This document shows positions 9,462 through 19,995 of a DNA stretch of 64,000 nucleotides, piece by piece. The notes under the pieces were generated by a model. It searched no databases. It was not told where the DNA came from and saw nothing but the letters and a program-made list of their open reading frames with translations. Position 1 is the first letter of the stretch. Each line of letters starts with the position of its first letter. The stretch spans positions 106,831-170,830 of the forward strand of contig CAVQPQ010000008.1 in NCBI GenBank assembly GCA_963714695.1, read 5' to 3'. The DNA comes from an uncultured Verrucomicrobiae bacterium. GTDB lineage: Bacteria; Verrucomicrobiota; Verrucomicrobiia; Limisphaerales; UBA11358. Position numbers and translations under genes: made by a program.

Positions 9462-9989
9462 CCATTCGGCGCGCCCGGCTTACTTTGAAACCCAACAAAA
9501 CAAAGGGTAGTGGGCTACTTTGCTTTTGGGCTTCTTTTTGACCGATTTCGCGTGTAAATTAGGGCATGATTAAGCGAAAAAGGCCAAGCGATGTAAACCG
9601 GTTGGCACACAGCGTAATGCAGGACATTATTGCCGTTGCCGACCCTAATCTGAAAAAAATCCTGCCGCCGTTGCACTTGGCAGGTTGGGCGGATTAAAGG
9701 GCGGAAAGTCAATCGAAATGGGGTCGTGGTGGTTGGCGGCAACATTTACGGCGTGAGACGAGAGGATACCTGGGTCGTGTATAAGAATGTCACGCTCAAA
9801 ACTCTCGAGCTTCTTTTGAAACGGCTCAAATGCAGCCTGACCGACGTATTCAACGATCCGAATCCTTAACGCAATAAGGGTTTGCATTGGCGGGTCGCCG
9901 GATGCGCAATTTCGCCGGTTTCAATTTTATGGGGTGTTCACCCCATTGTTCGCAGCGGCCAAAAGCAACAGTGTCTTCAGGGCAAGAAA

Positions 9990-10493
9990 ATGAATAGACC
10001 CGATCTTATTAAACACGTTCGTAAAAGCGCGCTTAAAGCGCCGAAACGCATCGGCATCGCCGCCGACCATGGCGGTTACGAGTTGAAGGAATATCTGGCC
10101 GGGAAATTGCGCGAAGCCGGACATGAAGTGGTTGACTTCGGTGACGGCCGTCCGAAAGAGGACGATGATTATCCGGATTTTATCGTGCCGCTGGCCCGCG
10201 CCGTTGCCAACGGAAAGGTGGAACGCGGCGTGGGCATCTGTGGCAGCGGGGTGGGAGCATCGGTCTGCGCGAACAAAGTGGCGGGGGTTCGGGCCTGCTT
10301 GATTCACGAAAACTTTTCGGCGCATCAGGGCGTCGAGGACGACGATTTAAACCTGATCTGTTTTGGCGGCCTCGTGGTCGGTCACGCCCTTTCCTGGGAA
10401 TTGTTGCAGACCTTTCTCGCCGCAAAATTCACCGGAGCGGAGCGTCATCGTCGCCGGTTGGCAAAGGTGGTCAATTTGGAAAACCAGCCATGA
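9990..10493 (+). CDS. rpiB: Ribose-5-phosphate isomerase B (RpiB/LacAB family)
   Basis: IGIAADHGG, DDYPD, CGSGVGASVCANKVAGVRA, ERHRRRLAK. Confidence 0.92.
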   Translation: MNRPDLIKHVRKSALKAPKRIGIAADHGGYELKEYLAGKLREAGHEVVDFGDGRPKEDDDYPDFIVPLARAVANGKVERGVGICGSGVGASVCANKVAGVRACLIHENFSAHQGVEDDDLNLICFGGLVVGHALSWELLQTFLAAKFTGAERHRRRLAKVVNLENQP

Positions 10494-10506
10494 GCAAATG
10501 AAATTT

Positions 10507-13056
10507 ATGACAAACAAACAATCACCGGACAGGAATCCGACCGATAATTGTCTGCCAAGGGAAATTGAAGGCTTCGATTCTCTGGCGGAGCTGGCGCTGG
10601 ACCTGCGCTGGTCGTGGAATCACGCCACCGACGAAGTGTGGCGGCAACTTGATCCCGCGCTGTGGGAACTAACGCAAAACCCCTGGGTGGTTTTGCAAAC
10701 TGTCTCCAAAGACAAACTCAAGAGCGTACTGGCCGATTCCACTTTCCGCAAAAACATTGATGACCTGCTGCAAGCCAAGCGGCAGGAGGCGGAGACGCCC
10801 GCGTGGTTTCAGAAAAACCATCCACAGTCGCCCTTGAAGTGTGTCGCGTATTTCAGCATGGAATACATGTTGAGCGAAGCGCTGCCGATTTACTCCGGCG
10901 GCCTCGGCAACGTGGCCGGTGATCAGCTCAAAGCCGCCAGCGATCTTGGTGTGCCGGTGGTTGGCGTTGGGTTGCTCTACCAGCAAGGCTATTTTCGCCA
11001 GGTGATTGACAAGGACGGAGCGCAACAAGCGCTTTACCCGTATAACGACCCCGGCCAGTTGCCAGTCACGCCGTTGCGACAGCCGAACGGCGAGTGGTTG
11101 CGATTGGAAATCACCTTGCCCGGCTATTCGGTCTGGCTGCGCGCCTGGCAGGTGCAAGTTGGCCGGGTGAAACTTTACCTGCTGGACAGCAATGACGCGG
11201 CGAACTTTCCGGCTCATCGTGGAATTACCAGCGAGTTGTATGGCGGCGGACCGGAGTTGCGCCTCAAGCAGGAATTGCTGCTTGGGATTGGCGGCTGGCG
11301 ATTGCTCGCGGCACTGGGCATCAAGCCGGATGTCTGTCACTTGAATGAAGGTCATGCGGCCTTTGCGGTGTTGGACCGCGCCCGCAGTTTCATGGAGGAA
11401 AATGCGCAGCCTTTTGAAGTGGCGGTGGCCGCCACACGCGCCGGAAATCTTTTTACAACCCACACGGCGGTGGCTGCGGGCTTTGATCGTTTCACTCCGG
11501 CGCTCATCGAGCAATATCTCGGCGGTTATGCGGAGAAGAAACTCGGAATTTCCCTCCACGACTTGATGGCCTTGGGCCGCCAAAATCCGAACGACGCGTC
11601 GGAGAGTTTCAACATGGCCTATCTGGCCATTCGCGGTAGCGGGTCGGTGAATGGCGTGAGCCGTTTGCATGGAAAAGTCAGCCGGCATCTTTTTGAGTCG
11701 CTTTTTCCGCACTGGCCGGCGGATGAAGTGCCCATCGGCCATGTGACCAACGGTGTTCACATGCCAACCTGGGATTCGGCGGCCGCTGATGAGCTTTGGA
11801 CCAAGGCCTGTGGCAAAGACCGCTGGCTCGGGATGGCGGAAAATTTGGAGCGGGACATTCGACGCGTCTCCGACGACACCCTTTGGCAATTTCGCCTCGC
11901 CACCAGCAAGTCGCTGGTGGAATACGCCCGCGCGCGCCTGGCCCGGCACTATGCCGCCGCCGGCGCATCGCCCAAGACGGTTGAAGAGGCGAAACATCTG
12001 TTTGACCCCAACGCGTTGACACTGGGTTTTGCGCGGCGTTTCGCGACCTACAAAAGGCCAAACCTGCTGCTGCACGACCCGGCGCGACTGCTGCGTCTGT
12101 TATCCAATCCGCAACGCCCCGTACAACTCATCATCGCGGGCAAGGCCCATCCGGCGGACCTGGCGGGACAAGCCCTGATCCAGAAATGGATACAGTTCAT
12201 TCGCCAACCTGCGGTTCGTCCGCATGCGATTTTCCTCAGCGACTACGACATGCACTTGACCGAGCGGCTGGTGCAAGGCGTGGATGTCTGGCTCAACACC
12301 CCCCGGCGACCATGGGAAGCGTGCGGCACCAGCGGCATGAAGGTGCTGGTCAACGGCGGCATCAATCTTTCGGAATTGGATGGCTGGTGGGCCGAAGCCT
12401 ATATACCCGACTTGGGCTGGGCGCTGGGCGACGGCCAGGAACACGGCGACGATCCGGCTTGGGACGCGGCGGAAGCCGAGGCGCTCTACGAATGTCTCGA
12501 ACGCGAGGTGATTCCGGAGTTCTACAATCGCAACGAAAAAGGTGTTCCCACGGCCTGGGTCGCGCGAATGCGGGAAAGCATGGCGCGCTTGACCCCGCGC
12601 TTCTCCGCCAACCGCGCCGTGTGCGAATACACCGAACAGCACTACCTCCCGGCGGCTGCCGCTTTCCATTCGCGCGTGGCGAACAAAGGCGCAGTGGGCA
12701 GGCAAATGGTTGACTGGCGGCACAGCTTGGAAGAGAAATGGGCCGCGCTGCATTTCGGCGCAGTGAAGGTGGAGACTCACGACGGGAAACACATCATTGT
12801 AATTCAAGTTAGTCTTCATGGCCTCGACCCCAAGGCGGTGCGGGTGGAGCTTTATGCCGATGGAATCAAAGGCGGTCCTCCTGTGCGGCAGGAGATGACC
12901 TGCCTCCATCCATTGGCTGACGAATCCGGTGGCTACGTTTACAGCGCGACCGTGTCTGCGGCACGGCCACCCACTGACTACACGGCGCGAGTGATGCCGC
13001 GTTGCGAAGGCGTTGCCATCCCGCTGGAAGACCCGCAAATCCTCTGGCAACGATGA
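10507..13056 (+). CDS. glgP: Alpha-glucan (glycogen) phosphorylase, GT35
   Basis: YSGGLGNVAGD, HLNEGHAAF, ARRFATYKR, PLP motif EACGTSGMK. Confidence 0.95.
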   Translation: MTNKQSPDRNPTDNCLPREIEGFDSLAELALDLRWSWNHATDEVWRQLDPALWELTQNPWVVLQTVSKDKLKSVLADSTFRKNIDDLLQAKRQEAETPAWFQKNHPQSPLKCVAYFSMEYMLSEALPIYSGGLGNVAGDQLKAASDLGVPVVGVGLLYQQGYFRQVIDKDGAQQALYPYNDPGQLPVTPLRQPNGEWLRLEITLPGYSVWLRAWQVQVGRVKLYLLDSNDAANFPAHRGITSELYGGGPELRLKQELLLGIGGWRLLAALGIKPDVCHLNEGHAAFAVLDRARSFMEENAQPFEVAVAATRAGNLFTTHTAVAAGFDRFTPALIEQYLGGYAEKKLGISLHDLMALGRQNPNDASESFNMAYLAIRGSGSVNGVSRLHGKVSRHLFESLFPHWPADEVPIGHVTNGVHMPTWDSAAADELWTKACGKDRWLGMAENLERDIRRVSDDTLWQFRLATSKSLVEYARARLARHYAAAGASPKTVEEAKHLFDPNALTLGFARRFATYKRPNLLLHDPARLLRLLSNPQRPVQLIIAGKAHPADLAGQALIQKWIQFIRQPAVRPHAIFLSDYDMHLTERLVQGVDVWLNTPRRPWEACGTSGMKVLVNGGINLSELDGWWAEAYIPDLGWALGDGQEHGDDPAWDAAEAEALYECLEREVIPEFYNRNEKGVPTAWVARMRESMARLTPRFSANRAVCEYTEQHYLPAAAAFHSRVANKGAVGRQMVDWRHSLEEKWAALHFGAVKVETHDGKHIIVIQVSLHGLDPKAVRVELYADGIKGGPPVRQEMTCLHPLADESGGYVYSATVSAARPPTDYTARVMPRCEGVAIPLEDPQILWQR

Positions 13057-13083
13057 TTTTATGACGAAAGGACTCCAGATAAA

Positions 13084-13284
13084 ATGAACCCTCCAATTGA
13101 ATACATCATCCTCGCGGTGCCTTTTCACGCCGATGCCGACACCCATGACGAACTGGCGCGAAAAGTGAACGAAAAATTAAGCGCCGGGTACGAACCCTAT
13201 GGCTCACCGTTCCTCAGCGAAGAAATGATGTACCAGGCCATGACGAAGCCGAATCTCCAGACTTCCCCGCTCCCGGCCCAATGA
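13084..13284 (+). CDS. DUF1737-like small protein
   Basis: KVNEKLSAGYEPYGSP...YQAM. Confidence 0.7.
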   Translation: MNPPIEYIILAVPFHADADTHDELARKVNEKLSAGYEPYGSPFLSEEMMYQAMTKPNLQTSPLPAQ

Positions 13285-13506
13285 AAAGAAGCGCACCCAT
13301 CACGGCATTGTTTCTGGATATTGGCGGCGTCCTGCTCACCGACGGGTGGGATCATCATGCCCGCAAACGGGCGGCGGCCCACTACAAGCTGGAGTTGACC
13401 GAGCTGGAGGATCGGCATCACCTGACCTTCGACACCTACGAGGAAGGAAAGCTCACACTGGAAGAATACCTGGACCGGGTGGTTTTCCACCAAAAGCGAC
13501 CGTTCT
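13281..13506 (+). pseudogene. HAD-family phosphatase, 5' part only
   Basis: LFLDIGGVLLTDGWD motif I; homology stops at QKRPF, where IS481 sequence begins. Confidence 0.8.
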
Positions 13507-14460
13507 GGGCTGGTAAAATTCGCAGGGTCGCTGTTGGTCGAGTGATTCGTGGGGCCGGTCGTAATTGTAAGTGTGCTGCCAGCGCTCGAAGCGGCGCTGC
13601 TGGGCGGCGTTGTTGGCTGAGGGCGGAGTGATCGCTTCGGCTTTCAGATCCCGATGCATGCGCTCGTGAGAACCGTTGTCCTGAGGGGAGGCCAACCGGG
13701 TAAATTCCACCGCAATGCCCTGCTCGATCCACCAAATGCTCAGGCTGGATAAGCGGCCCAGCCCGATGGAGGCAAAGGGCGTGCCGTGATCAGCCCGGAT
13801 CACTTCGGGCACGCCCGCCTGACGCATCAGGGCCTGGAAGGTCTGCAAGGTGCCCTTAAATTGCTGATGGGGCTGTGCCCGACAGGCCAGCAGATAGTGG
13901 CTGTAACGATCACACACCGTCAAGGGGTCGCAACGCTGGCCATTGCCCAACTGGAACCAGCCCTTGAAGTCCACAGTCCAAACGTGATTGGGTCGCGTGG
14001 GCACAGTCAGCCCGTCGTTGAGCGCAACGGACATCCCCGGTTTGCGCCGGCGCTGCACGCTCAAGCCGTGCCGGCGGAGAATCTCGCCGATGGTGCTGCG
14101 GGCCGGCGGTGACTCGATGCCGTGCTTCACCTCCAGGACTTTGTGCAACTTCTTGGGCCCCCAGGTCCGATGCAGTCGCCGCTCGGCCAGGATCAATGCT
14201 TCCACTGCCGTATCGGTCCGTTGCGGAAACTGATGCGGACGATGACTGCGGACAGCCAATCCCTTCAAGCCATCCGCCGCATAACGCTCCAAATGTTTAT
14301 AACCAGTCTTGCGACTGATGCCAAACTGCTCGCACAGGTCGGCGGCGTCTATCCGCTCCTCAAGCCGCTCAAAACTGCGGCCGATGGACACGGCGATGTC
14401 GTCTCCGTTCTTGTAGATGACACGCTCAATCAATTCCAGGTCTTTTTGTTCCAATGACAT
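13453..14460 (-). mobile_element. IS481-family transposase core without IS ends, fused in frame to an unrelated 40-aa N-terminus
   Basis: HTH CEQFGISRKTGYK; DDE motifs WTVDFKG, RADHGTPF and QDNGSHERMH; YNYDRPHESL. Confidence 0.85.
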
Positions 14461-14476
14461 TGTATTTCGTTAGTGG

Positions 14477-14690
14477 CTAATAATCTTGGGGCAGGAGCAC
14501 CGTCGTCGTGTTTCGGTCGGCCTCCGTGATAATCCAGAACTTCACGCCCTTGCGGTCGTGATATACTGAAAACAGCCGAAGCCCGTCCCAAAGCGCCGAT
14601 TCGTTGGCCTGCCTGTCCTCGGCGCAAAAACATCGCCCCAATCACCCTTTGCATGGCGCAACAAGGCGTTGGCGACGGTCGCAGCCATAA
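14477..14690 (-). pseudogene. Frameshifted small plasmid/ICE-associated protein
   Basis: RHAKGDWGDV in one frame, then EDRQANESALWDGLRLFSVYHDRKGVKFWIITEADRNTTTVLLPQDY* in another. Confidence 0.7.
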
Positions 14691-15107
14691 CCGAAAGCGG
14701 ATCCGGGTGTTGCGAGTGAAAAAACCTCCTACAACACCCTTGGTTAACCGGGACAGCGCCACGAGGCGGGCAAGGCGTTTGGCTGTTCAGTTTGATGTAG
14801 GTGAGCTTTCCTTCAAGTGAAGCGTTCGTAACCGAGAAGCCGTTCCAGCGTTTAATTTCCATTGGCATCACGCGTGCTATGGTTGGCGTGTGAGGTTCAA
14901 TTAAGACGCCATGAACTGGTTCGCTTCGTGTGGCTACAGTTTCATTTAATCTGCTCTAGAGGCGGCGCGCCAGATTGCTACCCTCGCCGCTACAAACAGC
15001 AGCGTGTTGTGGTTCACAAATATCATTAGCTTATTTACGAACCGTATGCCCAATTAGAGGATAGGCTGCAAACTTTCTTCGCCCATTTCGCGCGACATTT
15101 TTCATTT

Positions 15108-15174
15108 GTAGGAGTCGAGGTGACGAGACCCTAATTTCAAATTTTATTCAGCCTCTCCTTGCGTCGGCTCCTGC
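15108..15174. repeat. GTAG-type REP palindrome, family A (related copies at 56084-56148 and 63411-63465)
   Basis: GTAGGAGTCGAGGTGACGAG...CTCCTTGCGTCGGCTCCTGC imperfect inverted repeat. Confidence 0.75.
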
Positions 15175-15177
15175 CAA

Positions 15178-15906
15178 TCAAATTGGTTTCTCGCCGTAAT
15201 TGATGGCCATCGCGCCGCCGAGGAAATTGATGACGCGCACGTTCACCAGCTTCAGGTCGCGCATTTTGGCCGCGACGGCCGGCTGCGCCGGATATTGTTT
15301 CAGCGATTCGAGGATATAGGCGTAGGCGTCCGCGTTGCCGCAAAAAATCCAGCCCAGCAGCGGCACGGCGCATTTCAAATGGGCAAAATAAATCGCGCGC
15401 CACAAGGCGTTGGCGGGCTTGCCAAAATCGAGCACCACCAGCCGCGCGCCGGGTTTGGCAACACGGTGCATTTCCGCCAGGCCTTTTTCCCAACTGGTCA
15501 AATTCCGCAGACCGTAACCGACGGTGACAATGTCAAACGACGCGTCAGGAAATGGAATTTGCAGCGCGTCGCCCGGCACGAATTTCAAATTTGAGGTTTG
15601 AGATTTGTAATTTTCCCGGCGCCGCGTTTCCGCGATTTCAAGCATTGCCGGGCTGAAATCCACTCCGGCAACTTCCGCGCCGCACCGCGCGAGCGCCAGC
15701 GCGAGGTCGCCGGTGCCACAGCACAAATCGAGCGCGCGATTCCCGGGCTGAACGGCGGCGAGTTCGATGACGCGGCGTTTCCAGCGCCGGTGCAGGCCGA
15801 AGCTTTGCACGTCGTTGAGCAAATCGTAACGCCGCGCGATGGCGGCGAAAAGGTCGTTGACCTTCGCGGCGCGTTGTTCGCCCGGGGCGTGGAAAATGTT
15901 GCTCAT
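15178..15906 (-). CDS. ubiE: Ubiquinone/menaquinone C-methyltransferase (UbiE/MenG)
   Basis: FAAIARRYDLLND, LDLCCGTGDL, GYGLRN, YAYILESL. Confidence 0.92.
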   Translation of the reverse strand: MSNIFHAPGEQRAAKVNDLFAAIARRYDLLNDVQSFGLHRRWKRRVIELAAVQPGNRALDLCCGTGDLALALARCGAEVAGVDFSPAMLEIAETRRRENYKSQTSNLKFVPGDALQIPFPDASFDIVTVGYGLRNLTSWEKGLAEMHRVAKPGARLVVLDFGKPANALWRAIYFAHLKCAVPLLGWIFCGNADAYAYILESLKQYPAQPAVAAKMRDLKLVNVRVINFLGGAMAINYGEKPI

Positions 15907-16041
15907 GCGGCCAGTTTAGCACAGGAGCGGGCGCAAAAGTCAAAAATGCATTATATTGCTTTGCGTCAGCGGAGGGGTTTGGTAGCTTCGCATACCATTG
16001 GCCGCCGGAAGAATACGAATTGTTGCATAGCCGTAAAAATT

Positions 16042-16467
16042 ATGAACGCCGGAACCGCAGCCGCGCCGAAAAAGAAAATTTTGGTGGTGGATGACAATGA
16101 AGTCGTCCTTAAAACGGTTTCCTTGAAGCTGCAAGGCTGCGGTTATCAAATTCTCACCGCGCTGGATGGCACCCAAGCCGTGGCCGCCGCGCGCAAGGAA
16201 ACTCCCGATTTGATTCTGCTGGACATCAGCTTTCCGCCGGACGTGGAGGGTGTGCCGTGGGATGGTTTTCGCATCATGGACTGGTTTCGCCGCCTGGATC
16301 CGGCCAAGAGAATTCCCATCATTATCATCACCGGGCTTGAAGATGAGCAAAACAAGGAGCGGGCCACTGCCAGCGGCGCGGTGGCGTTTTTCCACAAGCC
16401 CATCAACCACGATGACCTGCTCAAGGTGGTCCGCGCGACGCTGGAAGGGCTGGGCCAGCCGGCTTGA
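16042..16467 (+). CDS. Single-domain response regulator
   Basis: ILVVDD, PDLILLDI, IIITG, FFHKP. Confidence 0.9.
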   Translation: MNAGTAAAPKKKILVVDDNEVVLKTVSLKLQGCGYQILTALDGTQAVAAARKETPDLILLDISFPPDVEGVPWDGFRIMDWFRRLDPAKRIPIIIITGLEDEQNKERATASGAVAFFHKPINHDDLLKVVRATLEGLGQPA

Positions 16468-16521
16468 AATCCGGCTTGCAAATCCGGCCGGTTGGTATAG
16501 CCTGCTTTTTGTCTTCTGGAA

Positions 16522-16598
16522 GCGAGCGTAGCTCAGCCTGGTAGAGCATCACGTTGCCAACGTGAGTGTCGAGGGTTCGAATCCCTTCGCTCGCTCCA
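16522..16598 (+). tRNA. tRNA-Gly (GCC)
   Basis: GCGAGCG/CGCTCGC acceptor stem, TCACG-TTGCCAA-CGTGA anticodon arm, GGTTCGAATCC T-loop, encoded CCA. Confidence 0.97.
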
Positions 16599-16900
16599 AT
16601 TCATTCACTGCGACCAGTGGCGCCAAACCGAGACAAACCCCGCCATTTACAAGCGTTTTATCACTTTTCTTCCCTTCACTCACTGCGACAGGTTGCGCCA
16701 CGTTTTGCCCCTCTGGGCCTAAAATCTGTGCGCGTATTTGTGTACACACCCCAAGCCGGGGCAGATTCTTGATCGAGTCGTAAATGGGCAGTTGCGTTTC
16801 GTCGGTATAAACTTTCGACGTAAAGCGGAGAGGATTGGCGTATTGGCTCGCCCGCTCATTCCACAGCCAATGTCTTGCGACGTTTTTGAGCCGAAAGGGG
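16599..16900 (-). pseudogene. Probable tyrosine integrase C-terminal remnant abutting tRNA-Gly
   Basis: LRFTSKVYTDETQLPIYDSIKNLPRL resembles a catalytic-Tyr tail; the frame reads toward the tRNA 3' end. Confidence 0.55.
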
Positions 16901-17700
16901 CTTGCCCCGGCAGGCGTAAAACTCGCAAGTCTTTGGCTCCTCCGCGAAGCGGAATTCGTCAAACCGGTTCAAACCAGTGCGGGCGGATCAAGCGAGCGGG
17001 GGCGGGTTTCTGAATACCTGGAAGAAAGCCCGCGCCGGCTCGCCCGCCCGCTTCCGCCAAAGTCTTGGGATGTTTAAAGACGGGCGGGCGTGTCCAGCCG
17101 AAAGGGGTTCGGGGAATGAGGCGGACATCCCCGACAGTCGCCGAAAGCTCTCAAGTCTTTGGCGGATACCAGTTCAAACCCGTAGGTGCGTTCAGCTCCC
17201 GCGCCAGCGGGTTCCATACTCGTTTTACCCGTCCCGGCTCTGGCCGGAACTCGTCAAACCCGTTTAACTCGTGTTAAACTGAAAAAGGACACCTGTCCTT
17301 TAACGGTATAAACCCGTCCGTGGGTGAACCCGTTTGTCGCGTGAGCGATGAGGGAGGTTTTGGGCGAGCACGGCCTCTTGGCCGCGCGCAGCCCGTCAGC
17401 CGCGTGAGCGGCAAAACCGACCGAAGTCGGGGATGGCACACGAAGGCAAAAAACGACAAAACCCTTGTGAGCAAAGGACGGATTCAAATCAGCACCCCTC
17501 CCCATGTGGGGAAGGGTGTGGGGATACCCTAAACCGAGGCTGCAAAGGGCTATTGTCCTTGAAAAAAGGTTCGAGCGGAGTCAAAGACATGCTCCAATTT
17601 CAAATTGGAGCAATGAATTCAATGTGTCTGCGCGTTTTTTTGCGGTTTCAAACTGACCGGTTATTTTCAGCGTTGAACTGACGGGTGACTCATTCTAGGG

Positions 17701-19866
17701 TTGAACTGTTTGAAGTGGCAAAAAAATCATTCATCTGAAGTTGCTGAGGTTCTCCGGGAATCATGGCATCGGGCCTGGCTTATGGGACTGCTGTTGGTGG
17801 GGGTTACGTTCCTGACCTATCTGCCGGTCTTCCAAGGACAATTCGTCTGGGACGACGACTCGTGGACCACAAAGATTGGCGAACTGTTGCGCAATGTTTC
17901 CGGTTTGCGCCTGATCTGGTGCCAAATCACCGCGCTGCAACAATATTATCCACTTACCGCCACGACCTTTTGGCTGGATTATCATTTGTGGGGTTTCTGG
18001 CCGCCGCCGTATCACGTGGAGAATGTCCTGTTGCACGCGCTGGCCGCGCTGCTGTTTTGGCGGTTGTTGGAGCGCCTCGGCGTGGCGGGGGCCTGGCTGG
18101 CGGCGGCGATCTTCGCGCTGCACCCGGTCATGGTTGAATCGGCGGGCTGGATTACCGAACGCAAGAATGTGCTTTCGCTGGTGTTCTACCTGGGGGCGCT
18201 GCTGGCGTACGGCCGGTTCAATGCGTTTTGGCGGGCAGACACTGCCGCCCCGGGAAAGTCGCCGCCGGGGCGTTGGGGCCATTACACGATGGCCTGGTTT
18301 TTGTTTCTGGGCGCCCTGTTGTCGAAGACCACCGCCTTTTCCCTGCCGGCGGTGGTGCTGCTGATTGGCTGGTGGAAAGGCGGACGGCTGCGGTGGCGGG
18401 AGGATGTGTTGCCAACCGTGCCGTTCTTTGCCTTGTCCTTCGGCATGTGTCTGGTAACCGCGTGGCTGGAAAAATACCATGTCATGGCACAGGGTCCGGA
18501 CTTTGCGCTGACTTTGCCGGAGCGTTGTCTGATTGCTGGCCGGGTGCCTTGGTTTTACCTCGGCCAACTGCTCTGGCCGGCGAGTCTTTGTTTTATTTAT
18601 CCGCGGTGGGCGCTCCACACCGGTTCGTGGCAACAATGGCTGTATCCGGTGACGGCCGTCGGCGCGCTTTTGGCGCTCTGGCTGGCCCGGAAGCGAATCG
18701 GGCGCGGCCCGGTTGCGGCGGTATTCTTTTTTGTCGGCACCTTGCTTCCCGTGCTGGGATTGATGAATACGTACAGCATGCGCTACTCGTTTGTTTGGGA
18801 CCACTGGGTTTATCTCTCCAGTCTCGGCCCCATCGCTCTGGGGTCGGCGCTGGTGGCGCGGGCGGCGAAACATTTTCGGATGCCGGTGGTGCTCTATGGG
18901 TTTGCCGCCATCTTGCTGCCAGTGCAGGCCATCCTGACGTGGCAACAATGCGGGATGTATGCCGATATGGAAACCCTCTGGCGGACGATCATCTCCAGAA
19001 ATCCCGATGCCTGGATGGCCCACGACAACCTTGGCAACCTCCTTTTCCAAAACGGGCGGGCGGACGAGGCGCTGGTCCATTTTCAAAAGACCCTGGCCCT
19101 CCAGCCCGATGACGTGCTGGCCCGCAATAATCTCGGCCTCATTCTTTGCCAAAAAGGGCAGGTGGACGAAGCGATCGCACAATTCCAGAAGGCTCTGGTC
19201 ACCCTGCCCGACGGGGCATTGATCCGCAACAACCTTGGCAAAGCTTTTCTCGCAAAGGGCCAGCGGCGCGAGGCGATGATTCAATTCCAAAAAGTTCTGG
19301 AAACTTATCCACGCGATCTCATGGCCCATTACAACCTCGGCACGGCTCTTTACCAAAATGGACAGGTGGATGAGGCGATTGTGCAATTCGGGCAAGCTCT
19401 GGAAACCCAACCTGACTTTGTGCGGGCCCACAATAAACTTGGGGTTGCTTTGCTTCAAAAGGGATTGGTGGACGAGGCGATTGCGCACTTCCAAAAGGCG
19501 TTGGAAATTCGCCCCGATTTTGCCGACGCCCGGGATAATCTGAACCACGCGGCGTGGCGGCTGGCCACCTCAACCGAGGCGTCCCTCCGCAACGGGCCCA
19601 GGGCGCTGGCGCTGGCCCGGCAACTGGTCCGGCTTTCCGGCGGGAATAATCCGGCCATGCTCGACACACTGGCCGCCGCCTGTGCCGAGACCGGACAATT
19701 TCCCGAGGCGGTTGACGCCGCCCAACAGGCCTTGGAGCTGGCCCGCGCCCAAAACAACACCGCCCTGGCGGAATCCTTGCGCCAGCAGATCAAGTTGTTC
19801 CAAGCAGGCTCCCCGTTCCGCAGCGCTCCCCTGACGAATGACGCTCCGGACTCAACTCCGCCTTGA
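17701..19866 (+). CDS. TMTC-like GT-C membrane protein with C-terminal TPRs
   Basis: FVWDD, HPVMVESAGWITERKNVLS, LLSKT, about 11 TMs, then TPRs; start could be ATG 17782. Confidence 0.88.
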   Translation: MNCLKWQKNHSSEVAEVLRESWHRAWLMGLLLVGVTFLTYLPVFQGQFVWDDDSWTTKIGELLRNVSGLRLIWCQITALQQYYPLTATTFWLDYHLWGFWPPPYHVENVLLHALAALLFWRLLERLGVAGAWLAAAIFALHPVMVESAGWITERKNVLSLVFYLGALLAYGRFNAFWRADTAAPGKSPPGRWGHYTMAWFLFLGALLSKTTAFSLPAVVLLIGWWKGGRLRWREDVLPTVPFFALSFGMCLVTAWLEKYHVMAQGPDFALTLPERCLIAGRVPWFYLGQLLWPASLCFIYPRWALHTGSWQQWLYPVTAVGALLALWLARKRIGRGPVAAVFFFVGTLLPVLGLMNTYSMRYSFVWDHWVYLSSLGPIALGSALVARAAKHFRMPVVLYGFAAILLPVQAILTWQQCGMYADMETLWRTIISRNPDAWMAHDNLGNLLFQNGRADEALVHFQKTLALQPDDVLARNNLGLILCQKGQVDEAIAQFQKALVTLPDGALIRNNLGKAFLAKGQRREAMIQFQKVLETYPRDLMAHYNLGTALYQNGQVDEAIVQFGQALETQPDFVRAHNKLGVALLQKGLVDEAIAHFQKALEIRPDFADARDNLNHAAWRLATSTEASLRNGPRALALARQLVRLSGGNNPAMLDTLAAACAETGQFPEAVDAAQQALELARAQNNTALAESLRQQIKLFQAGSPFRSAPLTNDAPDSTPP

Positions 19867-19995
19867 ACCGTTGTGCGCCCGGACGCAGCCCGACTTTGGC
19901 TTTGCGGCTTCGCACTTTCCGCTTTGGAGTTTGCGACGCGAACTTTAGACTGCACGCGATGTCGCAGATGCTCAAATCGTCCGGTTCCATGGCCG
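19456..19995 (+). repeat. 540-bp direct repeat, copy 1 (copy 2 at 21864-22403)
   Basis: Appears identical by eye at offset 2408; covers a TPR gene 3' end, a spacer and the first 12 codons of murJ. Confidence 0.92.

Noticed and set aside
9480-9890. Short minus-strand ORFs of 76-80 aa
   Set aside because: No recognisable motif and no clear start signal.
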